The notes beneath the pieces were generated by a model. It saw only the letters and a list, made by a program, of their open reading frames with translations, did not search any database and was not told the DNA's origin. A program made the translations under genes and the position numbers. This document shows, piece by piece, positions 1 through 13,589 of a DNA stretch of 64,000 nt. The DNA is from Octopus sinensis. Taxonomy: Eukaryota. Position 1 is the first letter of the stretch. Every line of letters begins with the position of its first letter. The stretch is from NCBI RefSeq assembly GCF_006345805.1, contig NC_043016.1, positions 27,590,001-27,654,000 of the forward strand, given 5' to 3'.

Positions 1-652
1 CATCATCCATGCGGACACATTTCTCCCCTACAACATCACGATTCTCTCTCACACACTGTCTTGCAACATGAAATACCTCAAGTCTTTGATCCTCACGGTG
101 CAGAACATTGGCAAATTTTTTCTTATCTGCTTCCCCTCTGGCTAAATAAACTTGCCTCCTGGCTTCCTTTCTGGCAGTCTGATACAATTCCCTGCTACTA
201 CTGTTCTTCCAGTCCTTCCAAGCCTGTTTCTTTTCTCTAATAGCCCTATCAACATTGTTCCACCACCACATTATTTTGGGTCGAGAGGAGACTTTGCACC
301 ATCCACAGATCTGGTCAGTGGCCCTCAGCAGGTTGTCCCATAGAAACCTCCAGTTGTCTTCTACATCGTGTGAAGCTATATCCCCTTCTATTTCATCAAA
401 GGCTTCGAGTAATATGTCTCTAAATCTCTGTCCATTTGCAGGATCTTCCAGAACCTTCTCCTCCATGCTGGTCGTCTTCTGGGCATCCACTTAGCCCTGA
501 TCCTGAAGTCACTAACTACCAGTCTATGTTGTGGGGTACATTCTTCGCCTGGGAAAGTTTTGGCATTTATAAGCCATCTTTCCCTTTTTCAGTGAGGATG
601 TAGTCAATTTGACTAGTGTGTCTGCCAGAACGGTAGTGACTAGGTGACTGGC
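1..652 (-). mobile_element. RTE-clade LINE fragment (end of APE endonuclease plus linker), decayed
   Basis: The reverse strand reads HLVT(Y)RSGRHTSQIDYIL and KTFPGEECTPQHRLVVSDF, which are C-terminal APE motifs. The downstream part is similar to the RTE linker at ~13750-13950. It runs off the window edge. Confidence 0.8.
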
Positions 653-699
653 AAATAATAATAATAATAATAATAATAATAATCCTTTATACTATAGGC

Positions 700-1610
700 A
701 CAAGGTGCCAGATATTTTGATTTACATTAAATTTTGGGTGAGGGAACTTGTTGACTATATTGACCCCAGTGTTTCACTGGTACTTAATTTATCAATCCTG
801 CAAGAATGGATAGCCAAAGTTAACCCTGGCAAAATTTGAACCCAGAATGTAAGGACAGATGCATTTTACCCAGCATGCTAATGATTCTGCCAACTCACCG
901 CCTTTTGTTTTTCAATAATAATGATAATAATCTTTTCTGAAATAGGCACAAGGTCTGAAATTTGGGGGAGGATGCTAGTTGATTACATTGGTATCAAATT
1001 TTGGCATGTGGCTGGCAATTTTTGTGGAGAGGGTAAATTGATTACATTGACTGGCAGAAGTGTTAGCACATTGGGCGAAATGCTTAGCGGTATTTCATCT
1101 GCCATTATGCTCAGAGTTCAAATTCCGCCGAGGTCAACTTTGCCTTTCATCCTTTCGGGGTTGATCAAATAAGTACCAGTTACGCACTGGGGTCGATATA
1201 ATTGACTTAATCCATTTGTCTGTCCTTGATTGTCCTCTCTGTGTTTAGCCCTTGTGGGTAGTAAAAGAAATAGGTACTTATTTTATCAACCCCAAGAGGA
1301 TGACAAACAAAGCTGACCTCAGTAGCATTTAAAGATAGATGAAATGTTGCTAAGCATTAAGGCAGCTTTCTGCCTTAATGAAAATGATAATAACTGTTTG
1401 AAATTCTGGCACAAGGCCAGTAATTTCAGAGGCAGGGGGAAGTCAATTACATTGACTCCAGTGTCCAACTGGTACTTATTTTATTGACCCTAAAAGGATG
1501 AAAGGCAAAACTGACCTTGGCAGAATTTGAACTCAGAACACAAAGACAGATAAAATGCCACTAAGCATTTAGCTTAGTGTGCTGACAATTCTGCCAACTT
1601 GCCGTCTTAA
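700..1610. mobile_element. Cluster of 4 decayed SINE family A copies (mostly minus, one plus at ~1040-1270)
   Basis: Each copy carries the family core GAGTTCAAATTCCGCCGAGGTC(G)ACTTTGCCTTTCATCCTTTCGGGGTCGATAAA..AAGTACCAG or its reverse complement. Confidence 0.8.
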
Positions 1611-2889
1611 TGTAAAGGATAATAATAACAGTTGTTTATTAATAATGTGCAGACACTTTTGATATCTTGGGTGGTACCAATAGTTTACGAGAATGATATT
1701 TTTAAATAAAGTCAATTTGGTGAGAAAAGAAATACTCCATATTACTTAGAATGAATCAGCTACTGATACAGTAGCATTAGTATCAGCCATTTTACACTAC
1801 TATGTTGATTTACATTGAAATTAATTAGTTAGTTCATTAACATTCTCAGAATGTAATGGAATATAAATGTCATCTTGACCTTAAGTCTATGTGTGTTCAC
1901 GAGTGTTGGTGCTTAGCTTTGTTTCCATAGCAACAGAGCAGATGCAAGACAAACCTCACCCTGGATAAGACACTAGTCTATTTTGGGTAACATTTCTAAA
2001 GCATATCATTTGGGTGAGCCAAAGTAGTGCTTTCAGATTCAATCCTATTGTACAACATCTTGTGCCAGTATTTTCTGCTATGGCTTCAAATCAACCAAAG
2101 TTACATGAGTGGAATTTGGTTGACAGAATCTATGGAAATCCATCAGTGGAACTGTTCTTGTTCTTTTGTTGATTTAATCTGCCACTCAGATTAACAACCA
2201 CTACCACCCGGTCAAGGCATACCATTAGCAGAGTCTATTCCATTACAAACATTGAGGCTGAGGCTCTATTCTGCAGATGACTTACTCTCACCAACCCAAC
2301 GGTCAGAGTTCATAGAATTTCTGTCTTTGACAACAATTTCCTTTTTTTTTTTTTCTAATATTGAATAAAGTTATCTGCATCAGATACTCAGTGAAATATC
2401 TCCAATGGATTGAAGTCACAGACTTAAGTTTGCTATTATTCATTGATATTCTTGACCAACATTTTAGTCATTAAAAAAATCTGTCTTCATAACTATCAAC
2501 ATCATGTAAAAACTTATTATGTAACGTTTAAATAAATATTCATTAAGTAGATTCAAAGGTAAATTACAGGAGTGATAGTAGAAGTGAGAGATTTCACTGT
2601 CGCCCTGAATTAAACTTGCTATACTGAGATTGTTATATATTTCAGAATGGTCTTTTCCTTTCTTTTCTTTTTTTTACCCAATAAACACATGCACTATATA
2701 CTCAGTCGTTACTTTGGATTTATTACATAAACATAATATATTGAGATTATCTACCAGGTATTTATTTTTACAGTCTGTAGTACTATGCCTTGGTTGGATT
2801 TGAATTCATAATAGAGATGGACAAAGCTGAATAGTCTGGTGTTCAACTATTTCTACAGCCTTGTCATGTTATATATTGTTCCAACATAA

Positions 2890-3100
2890 GGTTCCAAATT
2901 TTGGTACCAGGCTACTAATTTTAGTGGCGCGGGCAGTCAATTACATCAACCCCAATGCTCTGGTACTTATTTTACTGACAATGAAAGGATGAGAAACAAA
3001 GTCGACCTTAGCAGCTTCTGAACTTGGAACATAAAAACCAGAAGAAATGCCACAAAGCATTTTGTCTGATGTGTTAACAATTCTGCCACTTCACTGCATT
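2890..3100 (-). mobile_element. SINE family A copy
   Basis: Reverse complement of the family A head and core (TGGTACTTATTTT...GAAAGGATG...AAAGTCGACCT...GAACT). Confidence 0.75.
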
Positions 3101-4219
3101 TATGTCTGCAACATTTTAACTCACCTATTTTAAGTCCCTGTACTGTGACACACCTGTATGTTGTGTATGGATCACAGGTGTGTTACAAGTTTTTGATATG
3201 AGTCAGAAAATACCAGAATACTTAAATAACTTGGTTATTTTTTAATGTACCACTACACTAATGTATGTATATATCTTTGTTACAAAGCATAATTTGTGTA
3301 CTCACCTCTGTTTTAAAGCAATTTTAATACTAATTTTATTATACATAATAAAACTTTTAAAAGCTGATGTTAAGTCGTAACCATTAAACAACTAAAAGTA
3401 ATGGCTTATTCAGAGTGTTCTGAAAAATGTCTGCAATAAATAACTTGTTTTCTATCAGACACCAGGCCTCAAAGTTTCAAGTTGCAACCATACAATAAAA
3501 ATCATACGGTTAATTCTTACAGATATACATATACATCACACTGGAACTAAATAATTTCAAAATAATATTACGCATTTTATTTAGTCTTGGACATTTTCTA
3601 GCCATATTTTTTTCTTACCCAGTATTTACATACTATTATTAATAGCTTTATCTACCTGGAGTTCCATCATTAAAAACCAATATTATGCTGCATTCACCGG
3701 ATATTTATATTTAAATCAACACTTCTGATTGTCATAAAATATAAAGTTGGTTTCAACAATTTTATATTTATTGTTTTGAAGGGAAAATTTTGCTGTCAGT
3801 GAAGGGACCCATATGACCTGTGACCTATGACCTTTGACCTGTGACTTGTCATCTGTGGTAATCTGGGTGCCACTGGCATGATTTAACAGCATTTAAATTC
3901 CTAAGTAACTGCTATTTAATATTGTTTTTGAACATTTTTCTTTTTCACTGAAGAATATGTGTATATTTTTAACCTAAAGATCTATTCATGTTTTATGATT
4001 TCAGTCTGAACCAAATATTTGTGAGTCAATAAAATTTCTGAGCTTTTATATATTTTCAGCATAATCCTTGGTGGGTAGTAAAGTTTAAAATTACATTCAG
4101 AATGTATACTTTTATTGCAGTACATTATAGTTTTAACATGACCAAGCATATAACATTGGCTGTGAGATGTTAGCTATAATTTTTCATCATTTATACTTAT
4201 TTGTTACTATCATCATGCA

Positions 4220-4530
4220 ATGCCATCATCACCACCATCACCATCATCACCAACACAATAACAACCACAACCACCACAACTACAGCCACAACAACAACAG
4301 CAACAACAACAACAACAACCATTGCTGCTACCTCTGCTATCATTATTATTATTATCACTACCATCGCCACCACCAGCACCACCACCACCACCACCACAAC
4401 AACAACAAAGGCAACAATCACCACCACCACCACCACCACTACCATCAGCATCATCATCACCACCGTCATCACCACCACCATTGTTGTCGTCGTCGTCATC
4501 ATCATCATCGTCATCGTCATCATCATCATT
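4220..4530. repeat. Compound trinucleotide microsatellite (CAC/CAT/AAC/ATT)n
   Basis: Directly visible; it explains the poly-H/T/V/D ORFs in the track. Confidence 0.95.
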
Positions 4531-4749
4531 GTATTTAAGTCCATTTTTGCTTTCCCATGCTGGTTGGTATTGGTTGAGCTGTACTGCATCAGTTGACAAT
4601 CTATAACCATTTGTCCATTTTGTCACTAACCCTTACTTATTTGCAAGTAAGGCATTTATTTCCTTGGTCTTTTACATGACAAACTGTATAATGACTGGAC
4701 ACATGTCTACAGCAGATATAAATAAAACATTAACACCACCTAAGTCTTT

Positions 4750-5105
4750 TGTTCTTTTATTTTTCAGTCATCAGATTGCAGCCATGCTGGAGCACTGCCT
4801 TGAAGGGTTGCACTTATTCTATCAGCCTTATTTGCCAAACCACTAAGTTATGGGGGACATAAACACACCAACACCAGTTGTCAAGCAGTGGTGGGGGGCA
4901 AAGACAGACATAAACACACACACACACACACACACACTCACATGTTTATGGGATAAGCTTCTTTCAGTTTCTGTCCACCAAATTCCCTCACAAGGCTTTG
5001 GTTGGCCTGAGGCCAAAGTAGAAGACACTTGCCCAAGGTGCCAACCAGTGGGATTGAAACTGGAGCCATGAGTTTGGGAAGCAAGCTTCTTATCACACAG
5101 CCATG
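4750..5105 (-). mobile_element. SINE family B (tRNA/CORE-like head, internal microsatellite, 3' module), decayed
   Basis: It has the same head/(CA)n/tail layout as the complete copies at 52899-53290 and 59829-60275. Confidence 0.7.
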
Positions 5106-6734
5106 CCTGCACTTTATTGGTGATATTTGTTTCATGCTTTAACATATAAACAATGCCAAGATAGAAGTGGAAAGAAACAAACACACTTATGCATACACAT
5201 AAGTTCAGTTGTTAATTTATACACAAATACACATATACATATGTTGTGTGTGGGCGCATGTGTGTGTGTGTATGCGTGTATCCCTTTGTCTTAGCATCGC
5301 ATGATGACTGTAAATGAGAATCACTGTCATACAAGCGTTGTTGTCCTTTTCCAGCCTTCCATGAAAAACATGTCTGACCATGGGGAAATATTGCCTTGCT
5401 TGGAAACAAGAGTTAGCAACAGAAAAACATCCAGCTGCAAAAAAAATCTGCATCAACACGTTCCACCTAACAGATACAAGCATGGAAACATCATCTCCAT
5501 CATCATCACTTAACATCCACTTTCCATGCAGGTATGAGTTGGACGGTTTGACAGGATCCAGCAAACTACAGAGCTGTGGTGAAGCTCCAAAGTCAGCATT
5601 GCTACAGTTAATACAGCTGGATGCTCCTCCAAATGCCAACCACTTTACAGAGTGTATGGGGTGAATTTTTCGTGGGCCTGGCATGACAAAAAAGAACAGG
5701 GAAAGAAGGGGGAAAGGGAAAAGCTTCCTCAACTAACTGGTAAGGTTAGTATTAGAGAGGAGGAGGAGGAAGGGTGATGGTTTCATGCCAGATGTTGAAA
5801 GCTTAAAGTGTGCTGGAGGGACAAGCTAAGGTGTCTGGCAATAGAGGCGATACAAGGGCACCCTGCATTATATATAAAGATGGGGTAGATATATACACTA
5901 GCAAAAATAAATTTAAGTTAGGCTAGTTGTATGACCACCCATTTTGGCAAAAAAAATTGTGTACATATAACATGGTCTTAAACTAATTTTGCCAGTAAAT
6001 TTGAAACGTTCATATTAATTTAGCATTGGAATTCTTCAAGTTGTATAAAAATAGTTATTGTCTGCATCATTCAAAAGAGAGATAAATTCTGCATAGGTGT
6101 AAAAGATAAAAATAATTTGTATGGTGTTAGTAATAAAATATTTTGTAAGAAATAAAGCTTTTATCATTGGTCTTAAATTTATTTTCGCCAGTGAGTAAAG
6201 TTCATAAGACAAACTATCTAAACTAGGTGATCTGCATAACATAGATGCACTAATAGTCATTCATGTTTCAGTAGCTATTATTGGTTTTTCACAGCACTCT
6301 GTATCATCTGCTGAGAGCTATAGCTGTCCATTGAAGGAGGCACAAAAGTCAACCACGTTTCTGTCCTGTTTGCCCTGAATAACTGAACTGAAAAGTTGCA
6401 CTCATTTACTTGGAATCAAGCACCCATCCAAATCCATCAAAAACTGAACTCTGGCCTGATTGCTACATTGTGCCTCAGTTACCTAAGCCCATCAAAAAAC
6501 TTTTTTTACTTTGTGTCTCAAAGTGTGTGTCTTAACTGGCAATGCAACCTTTGCGTTTAGTTTTTTGAGAAATGACCAGGAGCCATTATCACAGCTAGCT
6601 ATTAACCAATGATGTTGCCTGAAACAGATATACAACCCACCCAGGATGTCGCTGTCTCTTACCTTCTCAGAATGACACCCCAAACAAACACCCAGGATGT
6701 TAGACAAACCTACAATACATCCAGGATGATAACT

Positions 6735-6735
6735 C

Positions 6736-6773
<38 letters not shown>

Positions 6774-6875
6774 GAGCAAAAGAGAGAGAGAGAGAAAGAG
6801 AGAGAAAAAGAGAGAGAGAAAAGAGAGAGAGAGAAAGAGAGAGAAAGAAGAGAGAGAGAAAGCAGAGAGAGAAAG

Positions 6876-6906
<31 letters not shown>

Positions 6907-6915
6907 GTGAGAGAA
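6735..6915. repeat. (GA)n/(GAAA)n purine tract
   Basis: Directly visible. Confidence 0.95.
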
Positions 6916-7149
6916 ATGGAGGCATGGGTGAAAGAGATATGTGATGTGAGATTTGGATGATACAGAGGTGAGTGACAAGGATGGGGACAATTGAAAAAGG
7001 TGTTTGACGGGCTTTAATGTAGAAGCCAATGATATATATTTTACAGTGTGCAGGTATTTATATGTACATGTAGGCATAAAAGATATGGGAAGCAGGTTAG
7101 ATCTCAAATGATCACAAGCAAGCTGTCATCAGTATATTCAAGATAGAAA

Positions 7150-7975
7150 ATCTCACAGAAACTGTCATGGAATCTCGTTACTTACTTTGGAGGAAAGATC
7201 TTTACTCAAATACTCTTAAACTGTTTCCAGGTCATCTCATCAAGGAAAGAGTCTTTCTAGAATTCCAAAAGGGTTTCCAAGCATCCATGGAACCTTAGAC
7301 TTACTCAATTTCAGTAAACTAACAAAATGTGTATTCAAAAATAATGACCTAACTTTGAAGATGAAAATTTTAGTATATCATGCTCTTATATGAATGTGAA
7401 ACTTGAACTTTGTACTGTCACAACACAGAAAAACTTGAATGCTTTCATCAACTGACACTTCACTCTCTCTTGAACATCAAGTGGTTTGACTATGTCTTTA
7501 ATAATGCTGTCTGTGATAGAAGGAGTGAATAGTCAGAGAACTGAATCCCTAATCATCAAACATCAAATAAAATCCTCTTCAACAAACTGGCAACCAAGAA
7601 AAGACAAAGAGGTACTCTTCTTCGATGCAAATAAGATAAACTAAAGTCAACTCTGAAGCAGAAGAGCTTCAGCCCACTGGCTTTTGAGACAATCATAAGC
7701 AACCATCCTGACTACCAACAAAACATAAACAATATCATATTATTGTTTGAAAGAAAAAGAATAAAAACAGAGGAGGGGAGACAATGAGGAGGAGAGGCAA
7801 TAGAAGGCCAGACAGTAGCAACCACAACCAACTCTGATATTCACATGTGGCCAATGTAATTGAATGTTCTACATGAAGATTAGCCTCATTAGTCACATTC
7901 GCTACTAGCATTAATGGTCCAAATACTCATCCAGGGGAAATCAATCCTCAGATTCAAGGGACAAGCCAATGATGC
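7150..7975 (+). mobile_element. Old RTE (BovB-like) LINE 3' fragment, pseudogenised
   Basis: Broken frames read FSKLTKCVFKNNDLTLKMKILVYHA, CETxTLYCHNTEKLECFHQ and LLNIKWFDYV. It ends in an RTE-type GACAAGCCAATGATG tail. Confidence 0.6.
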
Positions 7976-8023
7976 ATATGTTGTGTTCATATACATATAC
8001 ATATATATATTACCATGAATGTC

Positions 8024-8066
<43 letters not shown>

Positions 8067-8069
8067 TGT

Positions 8070-8260
8070 ATAAATTAGAGAGAAGAACCACCATGTAGCA
8101 ATTCAACAATGATATAATTAAATCTATACCATATAGAAAAAAATTAAATATATGATAAAACATTACTAGAACTAAATAAAGTACAAAATAATAAATAAAT
8201 AGTATATAATTAGTAAAAAGACTACACGTGTTTTGTGGCTATATTTTCAAACTGATAACT
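8070..8260 (-). mobile_element. Penelope-type terminal (pLTR-like) segment with the 3' half of a hammerhead-like motif
   Basis: Homologous to 29755-29910. The minus strand reads (C)AAAA-CACGTG-TA with the palindrome ACACGTGT at 8224-8231. It lies beside a GIY-YIG fragment. Confidence 0.5.
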
Positions 8261-8299
8261 ATAATATATAATATATATTATATATATATATATATACCC

Positions 8300-8720
8300 A
8301 CACTTAATCTCAACCTGCAACCTCTAGAAGGATCCTGCCTCTCAAGGATCATAATATACAGAGTCATCCTTACACCATCCGTTGGCATTACTAGGCACTA
8401 TACAGGTATGAAAGCTAATGACTTCAAGGGAAACTATTCCTAGTATATGCACTCATTCAGACCCAGGGACAGAGAGAACTCTATTTCCCTGTCTCGTTTT
8501 CATTGGAGACTCCGTGATCTCTGAGACAAAATACTCAGCATCAAGTGGACTATTGTCAACAGAGTGTCACCACATTCACCTGCTGCCTCCAATTGCCAGC
8601 ACTGCCTCCTCAAAAAACTGCATATCCTCCAACAACCCACAGTATCCATCAACAAGAAATACAATTTATCTTATTGCTGTCACTAGAGGTATACTTGTCT
8701 GGTACATTTCAAGCCTTTGA
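8300..8720 (+). mobile_element. Penelope-like element, GIY-YIG endonuclease fragment (pseudogene)
   Basis: Translates as PLEGSCLSRIIIYRV...RHYTGMKANDFK and, in another frame, IKWTIVNRVSPH...CQHCLLKKLHIL...CCH. This is the typical PLE GIY-YIG C-terminal pattern. Confidence 0.75.
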
Positions 8721-9510
8721 TCACCAACATCCTGGATATACCACCTAAGTACCAGCTGCTACCCTGCACCACCTGTGCCAAGGTTACCGTCACCAGCCAG
8801 CACCTTGAGCAGGACCACCAATTACCAATCCCCGATGCTTACCAGTTCCTGATGCTTATCAATCCCCAACACTTGTTATGCACAAGTATACACATGTATG
8901 CATGTGTGCACTAGTACATGTATGCACAAGCACACTGATATGCATACATGCATATATACATATGTACATATAAATTAATATGCATGTGTGTGTGCATGTG
9001 TATACATATGTGTGTATACACATATATGTGTGTGTGTATGCACATGTACATGATCATTCATATGTAGTGGTGGTGAGTTGCATGCCCTTGTACAGATGTA
9101 CATGCTCACATCAATACAGGCATGCATACAAAATCATATGAGCTCATCCACACACTTACATATACAACTATATACTTGCTCATACTGCCCCTTCCTACTT
9201 CCCCGCCAACAAAGCAACTGAGTTCTTGTCCACCATGCAATTGATTTCCTGTTCACCATGTGGTATTTTCCAAGTAACTGTTGTCGTTAATATACCAACA
9301 TTAAGCCATGACACTGCAGACCTTCGTCAACCAATCACAGCCCACTTTATGGCAATAACAATCAACTTCTCTCATTCAAATTCAAAATGGCTAAAGATTA
9401 GCATCATGCTTGAAACTCAGAGCACCAACAAATTTGAGTCTAACTGTTTTGATCCATACATGTAACTCAATAAATTTGTTGAGTGCCCTTCTTTTGTTTG
9501 TGCACTCCCT

Positions 9511-9544
<34 letters not shown>

Positions 9545-9549
<5 letters not shown>

Positions 9550-9812
9550 CCTGTGTCGGTGGCACATAAAAAAACACCATCCGAGCGTGGCCGTTTGCCA
9601 GCCTCGTCTGGCACCTGTGTCGGTGGCACATAAAATCACCCACTACACTCTCGGAGTGGTTGGCGTTAGGAAGGGCATCCAGCTGTAGAAACACTGCCAG
9701 ATCTGACTGGACTGGTGCAGCTTTCGGGCTCCCCAGACCCCAGTTGAACCGTCCAACCATGCTAGCATGGAAAGCGGACGTTACATGATGAGATGATGAT
9801 GATGATGATGAT
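9545..9812 (+). mobile_element. Isolated RTE 3' tail with ~60 bp tandem unit and (GAT)n end
   Basis: Near-identical to the 3' end of the RTE copy at 16372-16600 (reverse), with GGTTGGCGTTAGGAAGGGCATCCAGC...GATGATGAT. Confidence 0.85.
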
Positions 9813-9922
9813 ATATATATATATATATATATATATAATACAAAATGGAACAAGAACACAAAACATCCAGACAGTTAGGTGATACAAAAATGGGACAACT
9901 TATATATATATATATATATACT

Positions 9923-9966
<44 letters not shown>

Positions 9967-10025
9967 TATACTTGCATATATATATGCTTGCATATATATA
10001 TACTTGCATATATATATACATGTAT

Positions 10026-11992
10026 ATAGGTTGCTGAATAAAGAAAATGAATGGGATAAAGAGAGTCTGCCGAATGTCAACCCAACAGAGGGACCAGCCA
10101 TCCGAGTTGACAATTCTTTGGTAGTTAAGGCAATTAGAAGCATGAAGACAGGGAAAGCCCCAGGCCCATCAGGAATTACTGCAGAGATGCTCAAAATATC
10201 TGGCAGTGTCGGCTATAACCTAGTCACCCGTATAGTTAACCAGGTGATACACGAAGGAGTCATACCCAATGACTGGTGTAGCAGCATACTAGTCAACTGC
10301 TACAAAGGTAAAGGGGACGCCCTAGATACAAATAATTACAGAGGTATCAAGCTGTTGGATCAGGTAATGAGGTTACAGAGAGGGTTTAGCCCAACTGATT
10401 AGGGAGAGATTCAACTTGGACGAGATGCAGTTTGGTTTCATGCCAGGAAAAGCACCACTGATGCCAATTTCTGGTGAGACAGCTGCAGGAGAAATACCTA
10501 GCCAAAGATAAGCCCCTGTACCTGGCTTTCATTGACATGGAGAAAGCTTTGACAGGGTCCCCCGATCCCTTATCTGGTGGTCAATAAGGAACTAGGGATA
10601 GATGAATGGCTGGTGAGGGCTGTGCAAGCCATGTACAGGGATGCCGTAAGTAAGTTAGGGTTGGCAACATGTACACAGAAGAATTCAAAGTAGAGGTTGG
10701 GGTCCACCAGGGTCAAGTACTCAGCCCCCTCCTATTTATCATAGTCCTCCAGGCAATACGGAGGAATTCAAAAAGGTTGCCCCTGGGAGCTCCTCTATGT
10801 TGACGACCTTGCTCTAATTGCTGAGTTTACTATCAGAACTGGAGGAGAAGTTCCAGGTGTGGAAGGAGGGTTTAGAATCGAGGGGCCTTAGAGTCAACCT
10901 AGCTAAAACCAAAGTACTAATATGTAGGAAGGTAGACAATCCACAAATGTCTTCAGGAAGATGGCCCTGCTCGATCTGTAGAAAAGGTGTAGGTAGAAAC
11001 TCTATAAGATGTACCCAGTGTAAGCTATGGACACATAAGAGGTGCAGCAATGTCAAAGGAAGGCTAACTGGGAAGATATTTTTTTTTATGTGACAGATGC
11101 TCGGGAGCATTAAACTCTGAAAATCTGCAGAAAACAACTTCCGTCACTTTCCAGGGGGAAAAACTAGAAGTAGTTGATAGCTTCCGTTATCTAGGTGACC
11201 AAGTCAGTAGTGGGGTTGGGTGCGTTGAAAGTGTAACTGCTAGAGTAAGAATAGCCTGGGCAAAGTTTAGGGAGCTCTTACCTCTGCTGGTGACTAAAGG
11301 CCTCTCGCTCAAAGTAAAAGGCAAACTGTATGATGCATGTGTACGAACAGCCATGCTACATGGCAGTGAAACATGGGCCGTGACTGTTGAGGACATGTGT
11401 AAGCTCGCGAGGAATGAAGCCAGTATGCTTCGATGGATGTGTAATGTCAGTGTGCATACTCGACAGAGCGTTAGTACCTTGAGAGAAATGTTGGACCTAA
11501 GAAGCATCAGTTGTGGTGTGCAAGAGAGACGATTGTGCTGGTATGTGGCGAGAATGGATGAAGATAGGTGTGTGAGAAAGTGCCAATCCCTAGCAGTTGA
11601 GGGAACCCATGGAAGAGGTAGACTCAGGAAAACCTGAGACGAGGTGGTGAAGCATGACCTTCGAACTTTAGGCCTCACTGAGGAAATGACCAGCGACCGA
11701 GACCTTTGGAAATATGCTGTGCGTGAAAAGACCAGGCAGGACAAGTGAGTCCAGCCCACTTATGCATGCCTTTCCTCCCTTGGACACACAAAGACCTGTT
11801 GAGGCAAGCGAAGTCGATATCGAACCTCATCCGACGACAGGCACCCATGCCAACCCCACTTTGCTTGTGAAGACCTGTTGGGGCAAGTGAAATTGAAATC
11901 GAAATTGGAATCGAAATTGAACCAATCCTATGACTGGCACCCGGCAGATGCCAGGACCCCTAGACTGGTGGTACGTAAAAAGCACTATCCGA
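10026..11992 (+). mobile_element. Young 5'-truncated RTE-clade LINE (RT, frameshifted)
   Basis: [43 protein letters not shown] and AMLHGSETW are RT and post-RT motifs typical of RTE. A 3' UTR follows. Confidence 0.92.
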
Positions 11993-12004
11993 ATCTATAT
12001 GTAT

Positions 12005-12036
<32 letters not shown>

Positions 12037-12079
12037 GCACATATACACACACACACACACATATATATATGCACATATA

Positions 12080-12290
12080 CATGTGTGTGGGCATGTGTTT
12101 GTACCCCCACCATCACTTGACTACTGATGTTGCTGTGTTTACGTCCTCATAACTTAGCCTTTTGCAAAACACACCGATAGAATAAGTACTAAGCTTTCAA
12201 AGAATAAATCCTGTCACCAATCTCTTCGGCTAAATGTGGTGGTCCAGCATGACTGCAGTCACATGACTGAAGCAAGTAAAACAATAAAAA
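12080..12290 (+). mobile_element. SINE family B 3' module
   Basis: GGTGTGTTTACGTC..AACTTAGC...AGAATAAGTACT...CAGCATG.CTGCAGTC..ATGACTGAA. A second copy lies at ~12740-12930. Confidence 0.75.
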
Positions 12291-12348
12291 ACTATGCCAT
12301 TTTAATCCTGAGCAACACGGATATCTGCTTGAATATATATATATGGAT

Positions 12349-12384
<36 letters not shown>

Positions 12385-12451
12385 TGATAAACGGGGTAGG
12401 TAAGATAACAAAGAAAGAAAGAGACCTCAATATTATGTAAATAGAGGAAAT

Positions 12452-12655
12452 TTATCTATACAATATGTTACATTACTCGGTAGTCAAGATAAAACTCTGA
12501 GTTTCAGATGCCGAAGTGGAAATCCACAACACCATCTCTCGGTTATCTGGCTATTTCCAGATAACCGAAGAGATGGTGTTGTGGATTTCCACTTCGGCAT
12601 CTGAAACTCAGAGTTTTATCTTGACTACCGAGTAATGTAACATATTGTTAGATAA
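12452..12655. repeat. Near-perfect palindrome (~91 bp arms, 6-nt loop) carrying a degenerate hammerhead-like motif
   Basis: 12460-12550 is the reverse complement of 12557-12648, with one indel. Confidence 0.95.
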
Positions 12656-12657
12656 TA

Positions 12658-12698
<41 letters not shown>

Positions 12699-13589
12699 GT
12701 ACGTATGTATCTATATTTCTGTGTATGCCTGTCTATATTTGTCCCCACCGTCTGATGCTGGTGTATTTACATCCCATGTAACTTAGCAGTTTGTCAAAAG
12801 AGGCCAATAGAATAAGTACTAGGCTTACAAAAATAAGTTCTGGGGTCGATTTGCTTAACTAAAAAAACCCTTTAAGGTGGTGCTCCAGCATGGCCACTGT
12901 CAAATGACAGAAACAACTTAAAGAATAAGAAAATAAAAGAATGTGTGCGTCTGTGTGTGTGGGTGTGCCCGTGTGTATTGGTTTGTGCATGAGTGAAGGC
13001 AGCTGTATACATAAGTGCTTGTCACTGAAAGTGGATGGTACCTGTGGAAGAGAGGCCCAGGAAAACATAGGATGAAGTGGTGAGAACCGATCTTAGGATG
13101 TTGGGACTCACAGAGAAAATGATAATGGGCTGAGATGTTAGGCAATATGAGTGCTGGAAGACATAGTACATGTCCTATCCACATGTAAGAACACACTTTC
13201 CACCCACTCTACCCCAAGAAACCAAACTGCAACTCCCCTTCTAAACTGCATCTTTCTCTTCCTCACATTTCCTATTCATAAATTATGATTGTTTTCCAAT
13301 CTCCTTTCTTGCCCTCACTGCCATGTTCACACCCCCAACACCCGCACCCTATTTTTCTACCCAGGTTCCATGCTCATATTCTTGTTACTTGTGAGTTTAC
13401 TCTAGCACTACACCATCTCTCTTCTGCTCTGTCTCACACTTTTGGTGTTTCCTACTCTCTCTCTTTTTCTCTGTCTTTGATCACTTACTATCTCCTCTTG
13501 TTTTTCCTCTGACAAGGTAACCAAGTATCTCCTTTACATCAGCACACTTGTTTCTGGCCTCTTTCTCGTACCTCTCTCTCTCTCTCTCT

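Noticed and set aside
3145-3186. 13-bp hairpin with CACCTG/CAGGTG E-boxes
   Set aside because: Too short for a pre-miRNA, and there is no supporting context.
4167-4626. Poly-His/Thr/Asp ORFs
   Set aside because: Microsatellite artefacts. The same applies to the IYLS, MYVC and HTHT ORFs at 19194-19787, 35519-36357, 39939-40355 and similar positions.
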